Shown here: piece by piece, positions 38,442 to 51,381 of the stretch
Numbering within the stretch: position 1 is the first letter of the stretch
How the letters are laid out: each line of letters starts with the position of its first letter
Assembly (NCBI RefSeq): GCF_021028975.2
Contig: NC_059433.1
Location: 51,026,143-51,090,000 of the forward strand
Length of the DNA stretch: 63,858 bases
From: Sphaerodactylus townsendi
Lineage: Eukaryota
Reading direction: 5' to 3'
The notes under the pieces: generated by a model
What the model was told of the DNA's origin: nothing
Database searches by the model: none
What the model saw: only the letters and a program-made list of their open reading frames with translations
Translations under genes and position numbers: made by a program

Positions 38442-38956
38442 GGGCCCTTTCCGCACGTGCCAAATACAGCGCCCTGGAAACGGCAAAAACACCGTTCCCA
38501 GGGAGCTGTTCGCATGGGGGGCGCAGCTGCTTCGCAACCACGCCGCCCTCGCGCCTCCCCAGCGGCGCAATTACCATTTTGCCACTTCGTTTCCCGAGCG
38601 AGGTTGCTGGAAAACGGCGGCTTCCAGCCGCTGCCATGCAAACGGCAGCGGCTGGAAGACACCATCCCTCCCCCCTTTGCCCGATTGACCTACCTTCTCT
38701 GTGACCGTCCGGCATGTCGCCGAGGCCTGGGGACACGCCCCCCTGCCCTGCAACTCCGGAGCAGTGCCGCAGGGCAGGGGTGTGTGTCCCCTGGCCTCGG
38801 CGACGCGCCGGATGGTCGCAGGGAAGATACGTCAATCGGGCGATGGCACTCCGCGGTGCCATCTTCCCTTTCATTACCTGGACCGTTCGTGCGAACGGTT
38901 CCGGGGGGGTTGGGTCGGCGTACATGACCCCCAGCGTGGCCATGCGGAAACAGCCC
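38442..38956. mobile_element. CpG-rich PIF/Harbinger-like MITE with internal hairpin
   Basis: TIRs GGGCCCTTTCCGCA / GGGCTGTTTCCGCA; internal inverted repeat with arms of about 70 bp at 38679-38841; TSD unclear. Confidence 0.75.
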
Positions 38957-39529
38957 AAGTCTGTTGTATTACCCTACAGCAGGCTTTACTGCTAGTTCCA
39001 TGACAACACAACAGCAATTTATATGGAAAAAAATCTCTCAAAAAGCTCTATAATGGTACAACAAGGGGAAAGGGGCTGATTGCAAGGCTGCCTCTGGTGA
39101 TGGTCAGGCTAAATACCTGCAGCTGAGGAGGAACAAACGCTCAATCTAGATCATGTTCAGCTGATACAAATTTCCTCTCACCTCCATTTGCCTTCCATTT
39201 TAACAGAATTCTGCGCTGTTCTAAATCAAATTCTTCACTTTTCATTTGGAACAAAGGTAAATGAGAAGATAAAATAAAGTAGGAATTAATTCAGCGGAAG
39301 ATACGATAGTTTGATAGGCAGCCTTGTTTTTCCAGATGGTAGCTGAATTGTCCTGACCCTCTTCCTACACAACAAAACTTTCTGCTACATAGTACATTGT
39401 TAGAGATAGGGCATGTGTGGGTTAAGTTGAGAAGGGGGGGAGAAAATTAGAGTGATGATTGTTTTGAACTCAGTCTGGATGGAAAGGCAGTCTCTAGCAT
39501 TTGGTATCTTTTTAAAAAAAATAGAAACA

Positions 39530-40230
39530 ATTTATTAAAGAAAAATAATTATCAAACAGAAAAAAATACATTATGACATGAACATCAGTTTGAAGATGCT
39601 ACGTTGCTATCTTACATCATAATGTATGGGTACTTATACTGTGTCTTAAATAGGTTACACATGATATAGCATCACTATTTAAAGCATGTTCAATATTTCA
39701 AATTACATTACTCCAATTTCTTTTAACATTTACAATATCTTGTGACCTTTGTTGTGATATTACTTTTAACAATTTAAACATTTCTTTGACCTTGCTTAAC
39801 TAATCATCCACCGATAATCTGTTCTGTGACTTCCAGACTTCAGCAAATACGAAGCCTACTGCTGTTAATAAATACAATGGTAATGTCTGGTACTGTTTTG
39901 GGATGCATACTGTATAGTTAAGAAGAACAAATTCAACTGATTTTCTTAAATTCCCCTCCCATGCCACAGACAACAAATCAACTATCACTTTCCAAAAAGA
40001 CTCTGCTTTTATACACTGCCACCACATAGGCAAAATGGTATCATTTGAGGTTTAAAATCAATATTTAGCTCTGCTGTTTCTTTAGATTCTGGCAATCCAA
40101 ACAGGACAGAGATGCCACTGATGAACCATTTTACAAATATTTTCTTTAAACAACATTGAAAAGGAAGAACCATGAATAAATAAATAAGACCAGACTCTTA
40201 TATCTATATAATGATCTATTGACATCCCCC
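39530..40230 (-). mobile_element. L1/Tx1-like LINE ORF2 C-terminal remnant
   Basis: ORF 39800-40033: MWWQCIKAESFW...YLLTAVGFVFAEVWK, like the Cys-rich C-terminus of non-mammalian L1 ORF2. Confidence 0.65.
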
Positions 40231-41229
40231 ATTTTAAATCTAGCTAGGGATTGAACTGTTATAGATTTCCAGCAGAAAAAATAATAGATTAATATAGTAC
40301 CCTGATTTTGTGATAATCAAGTCTCAAACTTATTCAAACCCATTCTTAATATGTATTATGCATTTTTAAATTTACTGTTATACTTGCTTCCTATCAATCT
40401 TAGCATTTTCCATTTCCAAACAAAACCAGTGACTGCTTTCTGACATTTTCAAAAATTCAGCTTCAGGTATATGAATTGGGGAATTCTGAACAAAAATATA
40501 AACTTTGGAAGAATGATCATTTTAATAAAATTGATTATATCAAGCAGTGATAACTGAAAGAATAATTTCAGCTTAATATTTACTTCTCTGAAAATTGGGG
40601 TGAAATCCATAGGTGTAAGACCCCCAGATATCTTTTTACTTCTGGAAGTGAAACTTATGTATATAAATAACCAAGTATGTTTATTTAGATCTTATCTAAC
40701 CTTACTAAATAATAATAATTCAGTTTTAAAGGTGTTTAACTTATATCCCAATACTGTTGCATACTCTGGTACTTTTCTAATAAGGAGGTGAAGGATAATC
40801 AAATCAAATCTAATAAGGAGGTGAAGGATAATCAAAGAACTTCATGGACTAGCCACAGGATTCACTGTCTCCTCAAGCACCCCCTTCAACTGCCCCTTCT
40901 TTGCTTAATGAATAATTACATTGTGGAATTCACTGCCAGTGGACCTAGTGACAGCCATGAGTATGGATGGTTTCAAAAGGAGGTTAGATTAATGGAGGAT
41001 AGGTCCATCAGTGGCCTTAAAACCTGACAAATAAAAAGAAGGTCTATATTTTGAATCAGCAAATATCTGAATGCGAGTATGCTAGAAGACCTTGGCCTCC
41101 ATGTCCATGTCCAAGTGTGACTGGTTGGCCAATGTATGATATGGGAAGTTGGATCAGATGGACCGCTGCTGTTCTGTTTGATTTGAAAATAGCTGCAACT
41201 CCCCTTTCTCATTTACCTGGGTGTTCATA

Positions 41230-41630
41230 ATGCTACCCAAGGTGTTTTCTCCAGTCTGTAAATGATCTGCCTAATCATCCTACTTCTGAGCAGGTTCGTG
41301 CAGAGGAGAAGGCTCGTGGCTCTATTATTTTGGCTATGGAGACGTCTCAACTCCTGCACCTAAAAGATTTGCCATCTGCCCAGAGTTGCTGGCAAGCCTT
41401 AAAGGCTCTATATCAGCGAGAGACCGTAGGAGTTAAAATAATGTTGACAAGGAGACTCTAAAGAACTCTTCTGAAACCGGGTGAGTCCTTATCAACACAT
41501 ATCCAATCTCTGCGTGTTATTTTTGCTTAGCTAGCAGACCATGGACTTACTTTTGAGGATGCCCATAAAGCATTCATCCTTCTTTCTTCTTTGGATGAGT
41601 CATGGGACACCGTTGTGACCAGTTTTACAA
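41230..41630 (+). mobile_element. Ty1/copia gag fragment (inverted relative to its LTR), two in-frame stops
   Basis: From 41252: QSVNDLPNHPTSEQVRAEEKARGSIILAMETSQLLHLKDLPSAQSCWQALKALYQRETVGVKIMLTRRL*RTLLKPGESLSTHIQSLRVIFA*LADHGLTFEDAHKAFILLSSLDESWDTVVT, matching the copia gag (UBN2/Retrotran_gag_2) pattern. Confidence 0.85.
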
Positions 41631-41632
41631 GC

Positions 41633-42126
41633 TTGTGCTTGCATCTGCACACACCAGGTAGCATAATTCATCTCATTCAGCCTCGTCACAGGCATATAGG
41701 CTGAGGAAGAAGCCATCTGGAACAGCAGTACATCTTCCGGACTATGACACACAGTACCACGCAGTCCTTACTCCCGAGTATACCGGTGTGCTGGTCCTAT
41801 AACCTGTTGAGGTGTAGAGTAAACACCCCTGTAGTAGAGCAGCACGGAATACTGGAACCCTGTAGGAACACAGACACTAACACAGAAGTTCTGCTTCACA
41901 GAAGCAGCCTGCATTTATTGGTTCACAAGTATGATTCACTCGGACAAAGTGCTTCGCAAAGCAAAGCGAAGACATGAGTCTCACAGTTCTCAGTATGCTG
42001 CAGCCTTATATACTGTTACCTAGCCTATCACAGTTCACTGTTAATTATACTCAGAAAGTGGCTGCAGCTGTTGGCTGTCATGTAAATGCAAAGTAGATTT
42101 TGATGATCAGTTTACTTACACTGACA
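41633..42126 (-). mobile_element. Ty1/copia 5' LTR, primer-binding site and gag start
   Basis: LTR at about 41805-42126 (TG...CA, TATATAA, AATAAA on the minus strand), directly followed by GGTTATAGGACCAG (copia-type PBS GGTTATGGGCCCAG). ATG at 41716 gives MASSSAYMPVTRLNEMNYATWCVQMQA (LxxxNYxxW gag motif). Confidence 0.85.
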
Positions 42127-45100
42127 CAACTATGTCCATATTGACCTACCAGTGGGTGTGGTGTTGACTTACCAGTGGGTGGGGTGTTCCTCAGGAGGGA
42201 CATCTGGTGGAAGGATGTTTCAATTTGGTTGAGCCTCTGATTGCTCCCGGACTACACATTGCTGATAGGGGCTACTTTGCCATCTGTTGAGCAAGTTTTT
42301 TTTTAACCTTTTGCTGCCCAAAATATTGGGGACCTTGAATTTGACAGGTGGACTGGAAGGGTCTGGATTTTAGACTTGCTAGTTCTGAAAAAAAAATCAG
42401 AATCAGCAGTGTGAGTGAGCCATTGAGCTCTCGGAAACAGCCTCCCCCTTTTCTTTGTTTTTCTCCTTTCTTTTTCTTTCTTAACTTTTCAACTTTCTTT
42501 TCCTGTAATTCTTTGTTGATAAAATAAAAATTATTTGAAAAGGATGTTCTGAGGTTGACAATGAAAGTCCCTGCATAAGGTGGTGTATATGATGGAATGT
42601 ATGTTGATCGAATTTCAAACCTGATCTCTGAATCCCAAAGCAGTTTGATTGTTCTACTTCAAGAACACCAAGACTGTCCTATTATACTTAGCCATGATGG
42701 ACAAAAAGTAGACATAGATCTCAGGAGTTTGGAGTTGCCAAGTGAAGATGACCATTCAACAGTTTGCTTAAAGAGAAGACAACGGTTGCATGTCTTGGCT
42801 GTATAAATGATGGTATAAAACTGGAGCGCAACAAAGACTGCTTAAATGATGAGCTAACAACCTTGCACACACCTACATGTATGTGTACAGTGATAAAGAT
42901 GGGAAAGACAATTAAAATTTTGAGTTCTTTTGACAAGAATGATTGATAAGGAAAGGAATTTTCTTGGAAGATACCGGTCATATTTAACTCTCAAAAGAAA
43001 TCAGACAATACATTTGGATAACTTAATAAGAAAGAGTTGTCACTTGTCCCAGGAATGGGAGAGACTGCATCTGATCAACAACAACAAAAGCAACAACAGC
43101 AACAAAGAATAAAAGAGTAGATCAAAACACACTAGAATCAGACTTTCCTCTGTGAAATTCTTAAAAGAAAACTTCTTCAACTTTAGCTTTACTAGGAAAC
43201 AGGCCACTATTAAGCCAGGGATACTATGTTTCATATAACATGAAACGCTGGTTAAAACTATCCCTAAATAATCATATACAATGTAGCTTTAGATGATCAA
43301 CCAAATGTGGCCATTGTGGTTCTGGGCGACCCAGGTTCAAATCCCCACTCTTCCATAAAAACTTGATAGGTTCCTTGGATAAGTCACATACTCTCAGCCT
43401 AATCTACTATTGTCTGAAATATGCATACTTGAAGATTATCTTGAAGTAAATTGATCTAGGTACCTCCTAAGATATGACTGTAACACCATCTACACAGTAG
43501 ATGTAATTGGGCTCTGTATACGAGAAGCAAGCCTTTATTGGCATAGACAGCAGTACAACAATAATAAAAACAGATTAAAAAGCATATACAATACAGGATA
43601 TACATGTTAGGATGAAGGAAATCTACTGGCATTTAGTAATTTCGGGCTCTGTATACAACATTTTTTCCTAAAAAAATGATTAGAAGAATGAACAATAAAC
43701 ACATTCAAAATGCATTTTTTAAAAGAACACTTGTCAGAAAAAAAACTGTGTATCAACTGTACATCAACACAACAGTAGGGGGATAGCAATTTGATAGAGA
43801 AATTAAAATGTCCAGCCAAAACCTACAACACAAAAAAATTAGATATCATGGGCACCAGAAAAGCAGACTGTATTTCTTGGTGCCAAAAAGAAAGTAAAGA
43901 TGTATCATTTTGTCTGTTTTCAGAAAGAAATTTATTGGGCATGTCTAGAAAGACAGCTCTTTCTCCAGCAGTCACCCATTTAAATTTAGAGCAGGAGCAC
44001 CCACAAAAGATGGTGTCTCAACTTTGGGGTATGTTCCTATGAGACCTTGGTGCCCTGGACTCCAACTATTCAGGGCTTTAATGGTCATAGTCAACACTCT
44101 GAGCTTGGTCCCAAAACAATCTGAGAGCCAATGAACATTCAAACTGTGGGTTTAATATGATTACTATGGCTGTTGACACTTGCCACCTTATAAATAGCCC
44201 TTCTAATGACAGGAAGTGTAAAATCTGGGCAATTTTTAAAAGCAATATGGAGGTTAATTGGGGCAAGCTGCTAAAACCAAATAGGGAGAAACACTTTGTG
44301 GCCCTTGATTATAAGAAAAAATGGGAAGAAATGTGAGACTTGGACTTCAAAAAGTTATCAGTTATCCGATCTTATTCTTATAAGTGTGTGTATTTTACTC
44401 ACACACACATAAGCAGTATATGTGTATGTATTTATGAAGTGTGCGTGTATACATACATACTTTGGTCATGTGAACATATAAATTTTGTGCAAGAGTCACC
44501 TTTTAGTTACAAATGGCAAGAATATAACATATAGCATATATTGTTTCTTCAGAAGAATAGAATGCAAGTTGATCTTGCACATCCCCAAATCAGGAAACTG
44601 ACTTGGAAATGTAAATAGTTTAGATGCATGAAATACATGATTCTCTGAATCACAGCTTTTCACTGTTTCAGTTAGCACATTCTGAAACATACTGAAGCAA
44701 TTAAAGATGGAAGGAATATCGTGTGAGGATAAGATTCTTGAAAGCTATTAAAATCTGGCCTTTGGTAAAAAGGTCAAAGTATCTATTTTCTACATGAAAT
44801 ATTACTCCCAACATGAGCAATCTCCAGTGTAACAAATTGGATATTATTTGCAATGTCAAATATACATAGTAATACTGAATTCTGAGAAAGCACCAGTATT
44901 TTTTTTACTGTAAATCCTGTTTTTTTCATTATGTTTTAGTAAAAAATAGAAAATAAGGACATGGGTTTGCTAATTGTATTGCTTTGGCATGCACCCAACT
45001 TGCAACTCAATCTTCATTTTGATGCATTGCCTTTAGCAAACAGAGGAATGGCTGAATATAGATTGAGTAGTAAGTTCAGCACATTGTGAGGCAATCACAT

Positions 45101-46724
45101 GATTTGCATCATTCTGTGTTCATCCATCATTCACAAGAGTTTGGTCAATTAATCTGGTTTTGATTTCCATATAACATTTTTAAGGATTTGAGTTTTAAAG
45201 AATTCCATTATGTCCTTGTGCTCTTTTGGCTTTGCTAGCAGTGTAGTCTTAGCTATAATAAGTTATAATGTACTTTCTGCAGACAAAATAAATTTAGAAG
45301 AGAGATTTTTATAGTATTATTGTCTCTGTAAAGTACTCAATTTTGCATGCTTTCTGTCTGTTCTACTTGTTCCTAATTAATTCAAAAAGCAGACATGAAC
45401 CATGAAGATTATTCTTTACTGATTATATTTAGTAATTATGACTGATATATTTTTCTTAGCATAAATGATGATAGCATAATCACTTAATATAATGAAATAT
45501 TTTTAATAATTTTGCAAAACCAAATGAGTGGGCAAAACCAGGGGGCCATAAAATGATAGTAGCTTTTAAATACACATTAAAATTCTTTCATTTCCCAAAC
45601 CAGTCTTTCTTATAGGTTTGTATTCTAATCGGCAATTGTAACCTAATGGCCAGTTGTCTAAATGACTGTCCTATAAAGCTTACAGCCCACAAACCTTTAT
45701 TACTTGTTATATAATGTCCTGCATTCTGCCTTATAGCCTCTTTACATGACCTTATGATAACCTCAGGACTTAAGGAAAGGAATTGCTTCATCCAATCCCA
45801 GAATTTTAGATTAACCCTTTACTTTTAAAAATGTGATTGTTGGGTGATGTAAATTTTTAGAACCAACACTTTACATTTAACTGCACTGTTTCTGAAAGTG
45901 AAAGGCTAACATTACATGGATGCATTGTTATATTTCTTTATGTAAAGCTAGTAATATAAACACTGTTTTGTGATTTTGCATATACTTATACAATGATTTA
46001 CAGTCCTCCCTGCCACATCACTATTTTCTACTTCAGTTTTCTAGATCTTGGGTAGAAATCTCCCAACAGAACCCTGCTGCCGAGCAGAGGCATTTCTTGG
46101 CAAACTGGAGCCCGGGGACAAAACCTGAGTTTGCCCCCCCCCCCCGGTATGGCCGGCCATCCTCCCCCACCACAACCAAACAATTTTTTTTGCACCAGCT
46201 CACAAAACATCTCCTACCCCCAGCAAAACATACATGGTTCTCTCCCCACCAGTTCTCTTTACTAATTTTGTCCTCACACCAACCCTATGAGGTAGGCTGT
46301 TAGCCTGAGAAACAGCTCCAAGCCAGTGCAAGCGGGTATTAAGAATGTAAATCTCTCATAAATCACCCCCAACGCAGCTCTACTACAGCTGACAAGGTTG
46401 AGTGGTGTCGCCAATCTGCCTCCCTTCCTTGCCAGGCTGTATACAGAGTTATACTGGATCATGGGCTTAGATTGGAGAACTCTGTATAGGACAGCACTGT
46501 TAATTCCTGGTGAAGTTGTTCAGATAGTGTAGTATAGGGACAATCTTGGAGATTTAATTAAATACGATGTTTGCATAATATCCTGATCATATGAAGACTG
46601 TCAAGCATATCCTATGGAATGGTTGAATATGTTTAATTGTAGGAAGAGACTTTACTCACAAATGTTTCGTGCTTGACATGAGACAGGCTTAATTATCAAT
46701 TAACATTTATTATGTCAAAGCTAG

Positions 46725-46980
46725 GCCTTACAACAGAACTTCAACAAGAAAGAAAAGATTCTGAGAATTAACAAAGCTTGGCTACCAGTATTTTAAAACA
46801 CCAGAATCAAAGGCCAAGGTCATGCAAACCCCACCCACAATCCAATACTATCAACCACATCTTTGCATAGCAAGTTCCACCCAAACACTTACTGATTTGT
46901 TCCCCTCCCTGGGACATGGACAATATATACCCCACTAAAACATTTCCTTCTCACTGGACACAGTGTGTAACAGACTTCTA
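46725..46980 (+). mobile_element. Penelope-like ORF C-terminal and UTR remnant inside the cargo
   Basis: Translates NRTSTRKK/NFNKKEKILRINKAWLPVF-like sequence, recalled as the end of the Penelope GIY-YIG domain. Confidence 0.45.
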
Positions 46981-48173
46981 TTTCAGGTTCCTCTTCATAC
47001 CTTCTGTTAAACAGCCAGCCTTACACATTTTTGCTGGTTTAATTTTTCCATTTGTAAAATTAACATCATTCTCTTCCACACTAGTCTTAGTAAACAGGTT
47101 AGAAATGTTAAACAAAATTAGTTGGCTCTAATTACAGGGTCTTCATATTGTCACACACATCAGCTTCATCCACTCTAGATGCAACAGTGTACCTGACTCA
47201 ACCGCAGGGACACCTCTGCCATTTTACTGATGAAGTGCCTACAAATGCTGCAAGCGACTGATCCTGATCAGGACTGCTGCAGTGAAGGGAGCGGCTCACC
47301 CTTGACATTTTCAGTAGACCAAATCACTGGCCCTTGAGCTTTTGAAAATGTTGCGGGGGGGGGGGCAAGCTCCTGTCCTCCCCTTCTTTGTGGGTTTAAT
47401 CAAGTTTTAAATATGGGTGGGCTGTGTCCAGATTTTTTTAGTTCCTTTACAGAAACAGAAACACTTAAACAAACAAGTACATTAATAAGAATAGAAGGGT
47501 ACAGAAGGTCCAAGCCTCTGCCTGATACTGGACCCTGATATATCAACTGTAGCTGATTAACTCATACATTCTGAACAATAACATGAAAAGGTAAAACTAC
47601 TTGCATCAAACAAAGATGCAAACTCTGTTCTAGTATTCTTGTTTAATTGGTATAGGAGAATATCTCTCTTTGGAGAATCCTGGCTCATCCCTCAGCTTTT
47701 ATATAGTTCTACAAACAGGAACCTGTTCACTTTAAGTGGCAAGGTGAGGACACTAAGATGCAAATTATGTTGGCTGGAACTGGAGGCCAGATCAGCTGAA
47801 AAGAAACAGGACAGACCAGGCCAAGAGAAGAAAAGTAAAGATTTGAGAAAACAGTATGTGAATGGAAAAAGGACTGACAAAGAGAAGGTTTATGACCAAA
47901 CTTCACTGGGATCCAACAAGCTAGGGGGTGCTACGTCTTTTAAGTAAAATCTTTGTGCCTTTAATTTATTACACTGCTTTCCCAAAAATTGCAACCTGAA
48001 ATCTACTTAGTTGAAATTCCAAGAATTGAAACTGGAGCTTGTAAGCCTCTCCTCAGCTTGGCTTACCCGCCGCCTCACCCACTGCAAGCGCCACTGGCCT
48101 TTGGAATGGGTTTTCCAGAAGCAAGCGTCACTGGCAGCGGATGAGGCAGTGGGCTGCAACTTGATGGCACTCA

Positions 48174-48175
<2 letters not shown>

Positions 48176-48237
<62 letters not shown>
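48176..48237. repeat. (AC)n microsatellite
   Basis: Direct observation. Confidence 1.
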
Positions 48238-48241
<4 letters not shown>

Positions 48242-48936
48242 CGATTGCATTGCTTACTGGATATCCCATCCTGTTGATGGCACTGTTTGGCCTTGGGTAA
48301 TCCACCTCCAGCCTTAGTGAGAAAGGGGGAATATAAACTTTGCCAATAAATACATGAATGAATAAAACAGCAAGCCAAATTATACAAGGTGAGAAGCTGA
48401 CAACACTTCCCTGTCACTGCTTGAATTGTGGTGGCAAATGTGTGTGTGTGTGTGTGGGGTGGAGGCTTTCACCATAGGGCCTTTATGAAAACCCTGGGGT
48501 GGGTTAACAGCCAGGGGGAGATTGGCTTTCTAACATACCAAGACCTCTGATGGGCCACTGCCCCGGGAACCTTCCAGTGGTCAAGAGCTGAGCTGACTGG
48601 ACCACAGGGGGCTAAAGATGCCATTGCCAGACCCCAGGTGGGACCTGGAGATCCCCTGGAATGACAGCTCCTCTCCAGACCACGGAGATCACTTCTCCAG
48701 GAGAAAACAGATGCTTTGGAGGCTGGGCTGTGGGGCATTCACCAGTGGTCTGGTGGGAGGGCAACACTACTGGGGGGGGGCGGGCGCTGTGTCCAGGGCT
48801 GCTTGAAACACCAGCCCTGTTCCCAGCTTTCTGCAAAGGCTTAGCAGCTGAAGAGCTGTGGGTTCCCTTCCTGAAAGCTCGCTGCCCACCCCGTCTGCTC
48901 ATTTCAGCTGGCAAGAAGAAAGAGGAGGGGGGGAGT

Positions 48937-48968
<32 letters not shown>

Positions 48969-49610
48969 GCAGCCAAACAGGCTCTGAAGGAGCAACCCAG
49001 GTCGCCCTCCTCCTCCTCCTCCTCCTCCTCCTCCTCCTCCTCCTCCTCCTCCTCCGCAAGGACAAAAAGCTGTCGTCCCCTGCGCGTAATCCAGCCTTGC
49101 ACCTGCCCAGCACCTGCCTTGCTAGAGTCGAACTGGCCTAGCGAGGAGAGGGGGAGGAAAGATGGACCAGCCCAGCCATCGAGCTGACAAACCTCTCCTG
49201 GTTCGCTGTGGCTGCCCCTTGGAGTCGTCAAAGGGACGCCCGTGCGCTCTCTGGGCGCAGTGCCTGTGGGCTTGGTGAGCGACCGGCAGGTTGGGCGCCT
49301 GCTGCACTCCAGGGAAGAAGCGGCACCTGGTTTTGAAAGGAGGCAGCGGCAACACCAGGGAAGGGCCGAGGGGGAGGGGGCATGGTGGCTGGCCGAGTGC
49401 CCTCCACCCCTCATTGCCAGGCCGGTCTTCACTTACCTGGTCAGCAGCCAAGCGCACCAGCAGCTGGCCTCCAAACATGCCGAGGTGGGGCGCAGTGCAG
49501 AGAGAAAGCGGGGCAGGCGAGGAAGGAGGGGCAGGGCGGCTGCAAGGTGTGTGGGGGAGACGGGCTGAAGTCTGCAGGAAGCAAAAGCCTGCTTCTTCCC
49601 ACCGTGCCTG

Positions 49611-49651
<41 letters not shown>
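48937..49651. repeat. Cluster of (GA)n, (CCT)n and (CTG)n microsatellites in GC-rich cargo
   Basis: GA at about 48937-48967, CCT at about 49006-49055, CTG at about 49611-49651. Confidence 0.95.
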
Positions 49652-49652
<1 letters not shown>

Positions 49653-50046
49653 GCTCCAGGGGCTGGCTCGACTTCCCTTCCCTGTGCCGGCCAGTCAGCC
49701 GAGGAGAAGGCAAGGCATGCTGGGTCGGAGGGAGGCGGAGCTCCCCGGCTTACTGGGAGCTGGGACTTGGAGCACACTACACAATGAGACTGGGCCAGTG
49801 GGCCACCATCCAGAGTGGGCGGGGCTGAGTTAGCCTGAGCCCAGTGGTGGTGTAAAGCTTGCTGGCAAAATGCTGCAGTTTGTGGGGGGACATTTTGGCG
49901 CCCCCCACGTGACAGAAATTGTTGCGCCCGGGGACAAGGGGTACCCCATGTCCCTAGGCAAATTCGCCACTGCTGCCCAGCTTACCTGGGGTCCTTGGGC
50001 AGGTGAGAGGCCAAGGAGGCGATAAGGCTGCTGGCAGGAGCCAACA

Positions 50047-51381
50047 TGGGAGAGATGGTAAGATGTTGCTTTTACATATACCAAAGAGGTGTTACTTTAA
50101 ATATATATGGGACAATGACAATGATTGCCTTATAAGTTATAAAGGAGGTATCATTAAGTGTTTTTATAAAGTGTAAGACTATTAAATATTGTAAATATAT
50201 TGTATGTAAATATGGAACTGAGAAAGAAAAACAAGACATATGTACAGTAGATGGAAGGGGTGTCAGAAAATGTAAGTTTGTAGGAGACATTTATTGCACG
50301 CATAGAGGCTGACTGACCCTGAGCAGAGTTGTAGAGATAAGATGTCAAAAGAAAGTATTGGCCTGGCTTCAAGATTAGGAAAAGTTAATTGGAGATGGGT
50401 ATGATGCTTATCCGGGCTTATCACATCCCATTTGAAGTTGGTCAATGACTAATTGGGATAGCAGAAGAAAAAGAGAACATAGTGACCTGTACAGAACACC
50501 AGCTCTGAGATAATAAGCAAAGAGAAGAATTTGCAAACAGAAGAAACAGGGGTCAAAAGTTTAGTGGGGAATAGGTAGCACAAAAGTTTATAAAATTATG
50601 TTGCTTTTATATTGAAGCTAATCATGAAACTTTAAGAATATGTTAATCACTCATGTTCAATGTATGTATCCTATGCTATTGGCATTGAATGTTTCATATG
50701 AATCTTTGTATAATCCTTTAATATGGTCAAAAGGAAGTGTTCCTCTCTCAGTTTGAAGTGTAAAATAGCTAAAAAGGCCTCTAGATAATAACTGTTTATC
50801 CTGAATATTGATTTATATCTTATATATTAACCTAGATATAAAGAAACACTTTAAAGTCTTTTTCTAAGATGCTTCTGAAGCCTGGATTCAATAGTCAAAG
50901 GAATGCAGGTCAAGAAGACCTAGGTTCTTGTGCCAAGAAGGCACCTGCTGATAAGAAGGCCCCTAACAAGCTTGTGATCGTGTTTTCAAAGCAGAAGAGT
51001 GGGTCAAGAAAAACTAGGTTCTTGTGCCAAGCACTAATGAAGGTTTGACAGCTAAGACAAACCAAAAATTAATTACAGGAAATGACCATATGGAGATGTA
51101 TTAATTGGAGAAGATACCACCTGGTATATGACATACCAGTAGTATGCCTAGATGAATTGTAATAGGCTGGGCCCTCTCATCTCATAGCCAATGGAGAGAT
51201 GAGGGAGGGATTGGGTGGTCCTGAAAAAGTAATATAAACTGCTGCAGAACAAAGGAACTGTGTGTCCACCACTGGGTGAGCACCCGGGCTTGCAAGACCA
51301 TAAACTAATAAAAGGTTTGTTAACTGCTTCATCAAATTGATCCAGAGTGTTTTTAGAGTTCTTAGACTAGCGTTTCTTACA
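50047..51381 (+). mobile_element. Solo LTR (about 1335 bp, ERV/Gypsy type)
   Basis: TG...CA ends (TGGGAGAGA / TTTCTTACA); 4-bp TSD AACA (50043-50046, 51382-51385); CCAAT near 51188, TATAAA near 51233, AATAAA near 51307; it interrupts a continuous GC-rich flank. Confidence 0.75.

Larger units (their letters stand above)
46085..49972. mobile_element. Large cargo-carrying hAT-type element (family A termini, 3.9 kb)
   Basis: The left about 240 bp are homologous to 4442-4690 and the right about 80 bp to 5290-5366. Termini CAGAGGCATTT / CAGTGGCGAAT; TSD CTGCCGAG (46077-46084) / CTGCCCAG (49973-49980). Confidence 0.82.

Noticed and set aside
38123-39003. ORFs with poly-HT or poly-CV tracts
   Set aside because: Translations of an (AC)n microsatellite plus a GC-rich MITE.
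36870-43100. Possible RTE-type RT remnants at about 36900-37350 and 42550-43100
   Set aside because: Too decayed to support boundaries or a family call by eye.
49433-49777. PolyQ-containing ORF suggesting a triplet-repeat protein
   Set aside because: The repeat is open in several frames and the flanking peptide is not recognisable; treated as cargo sequence, not a gene call.
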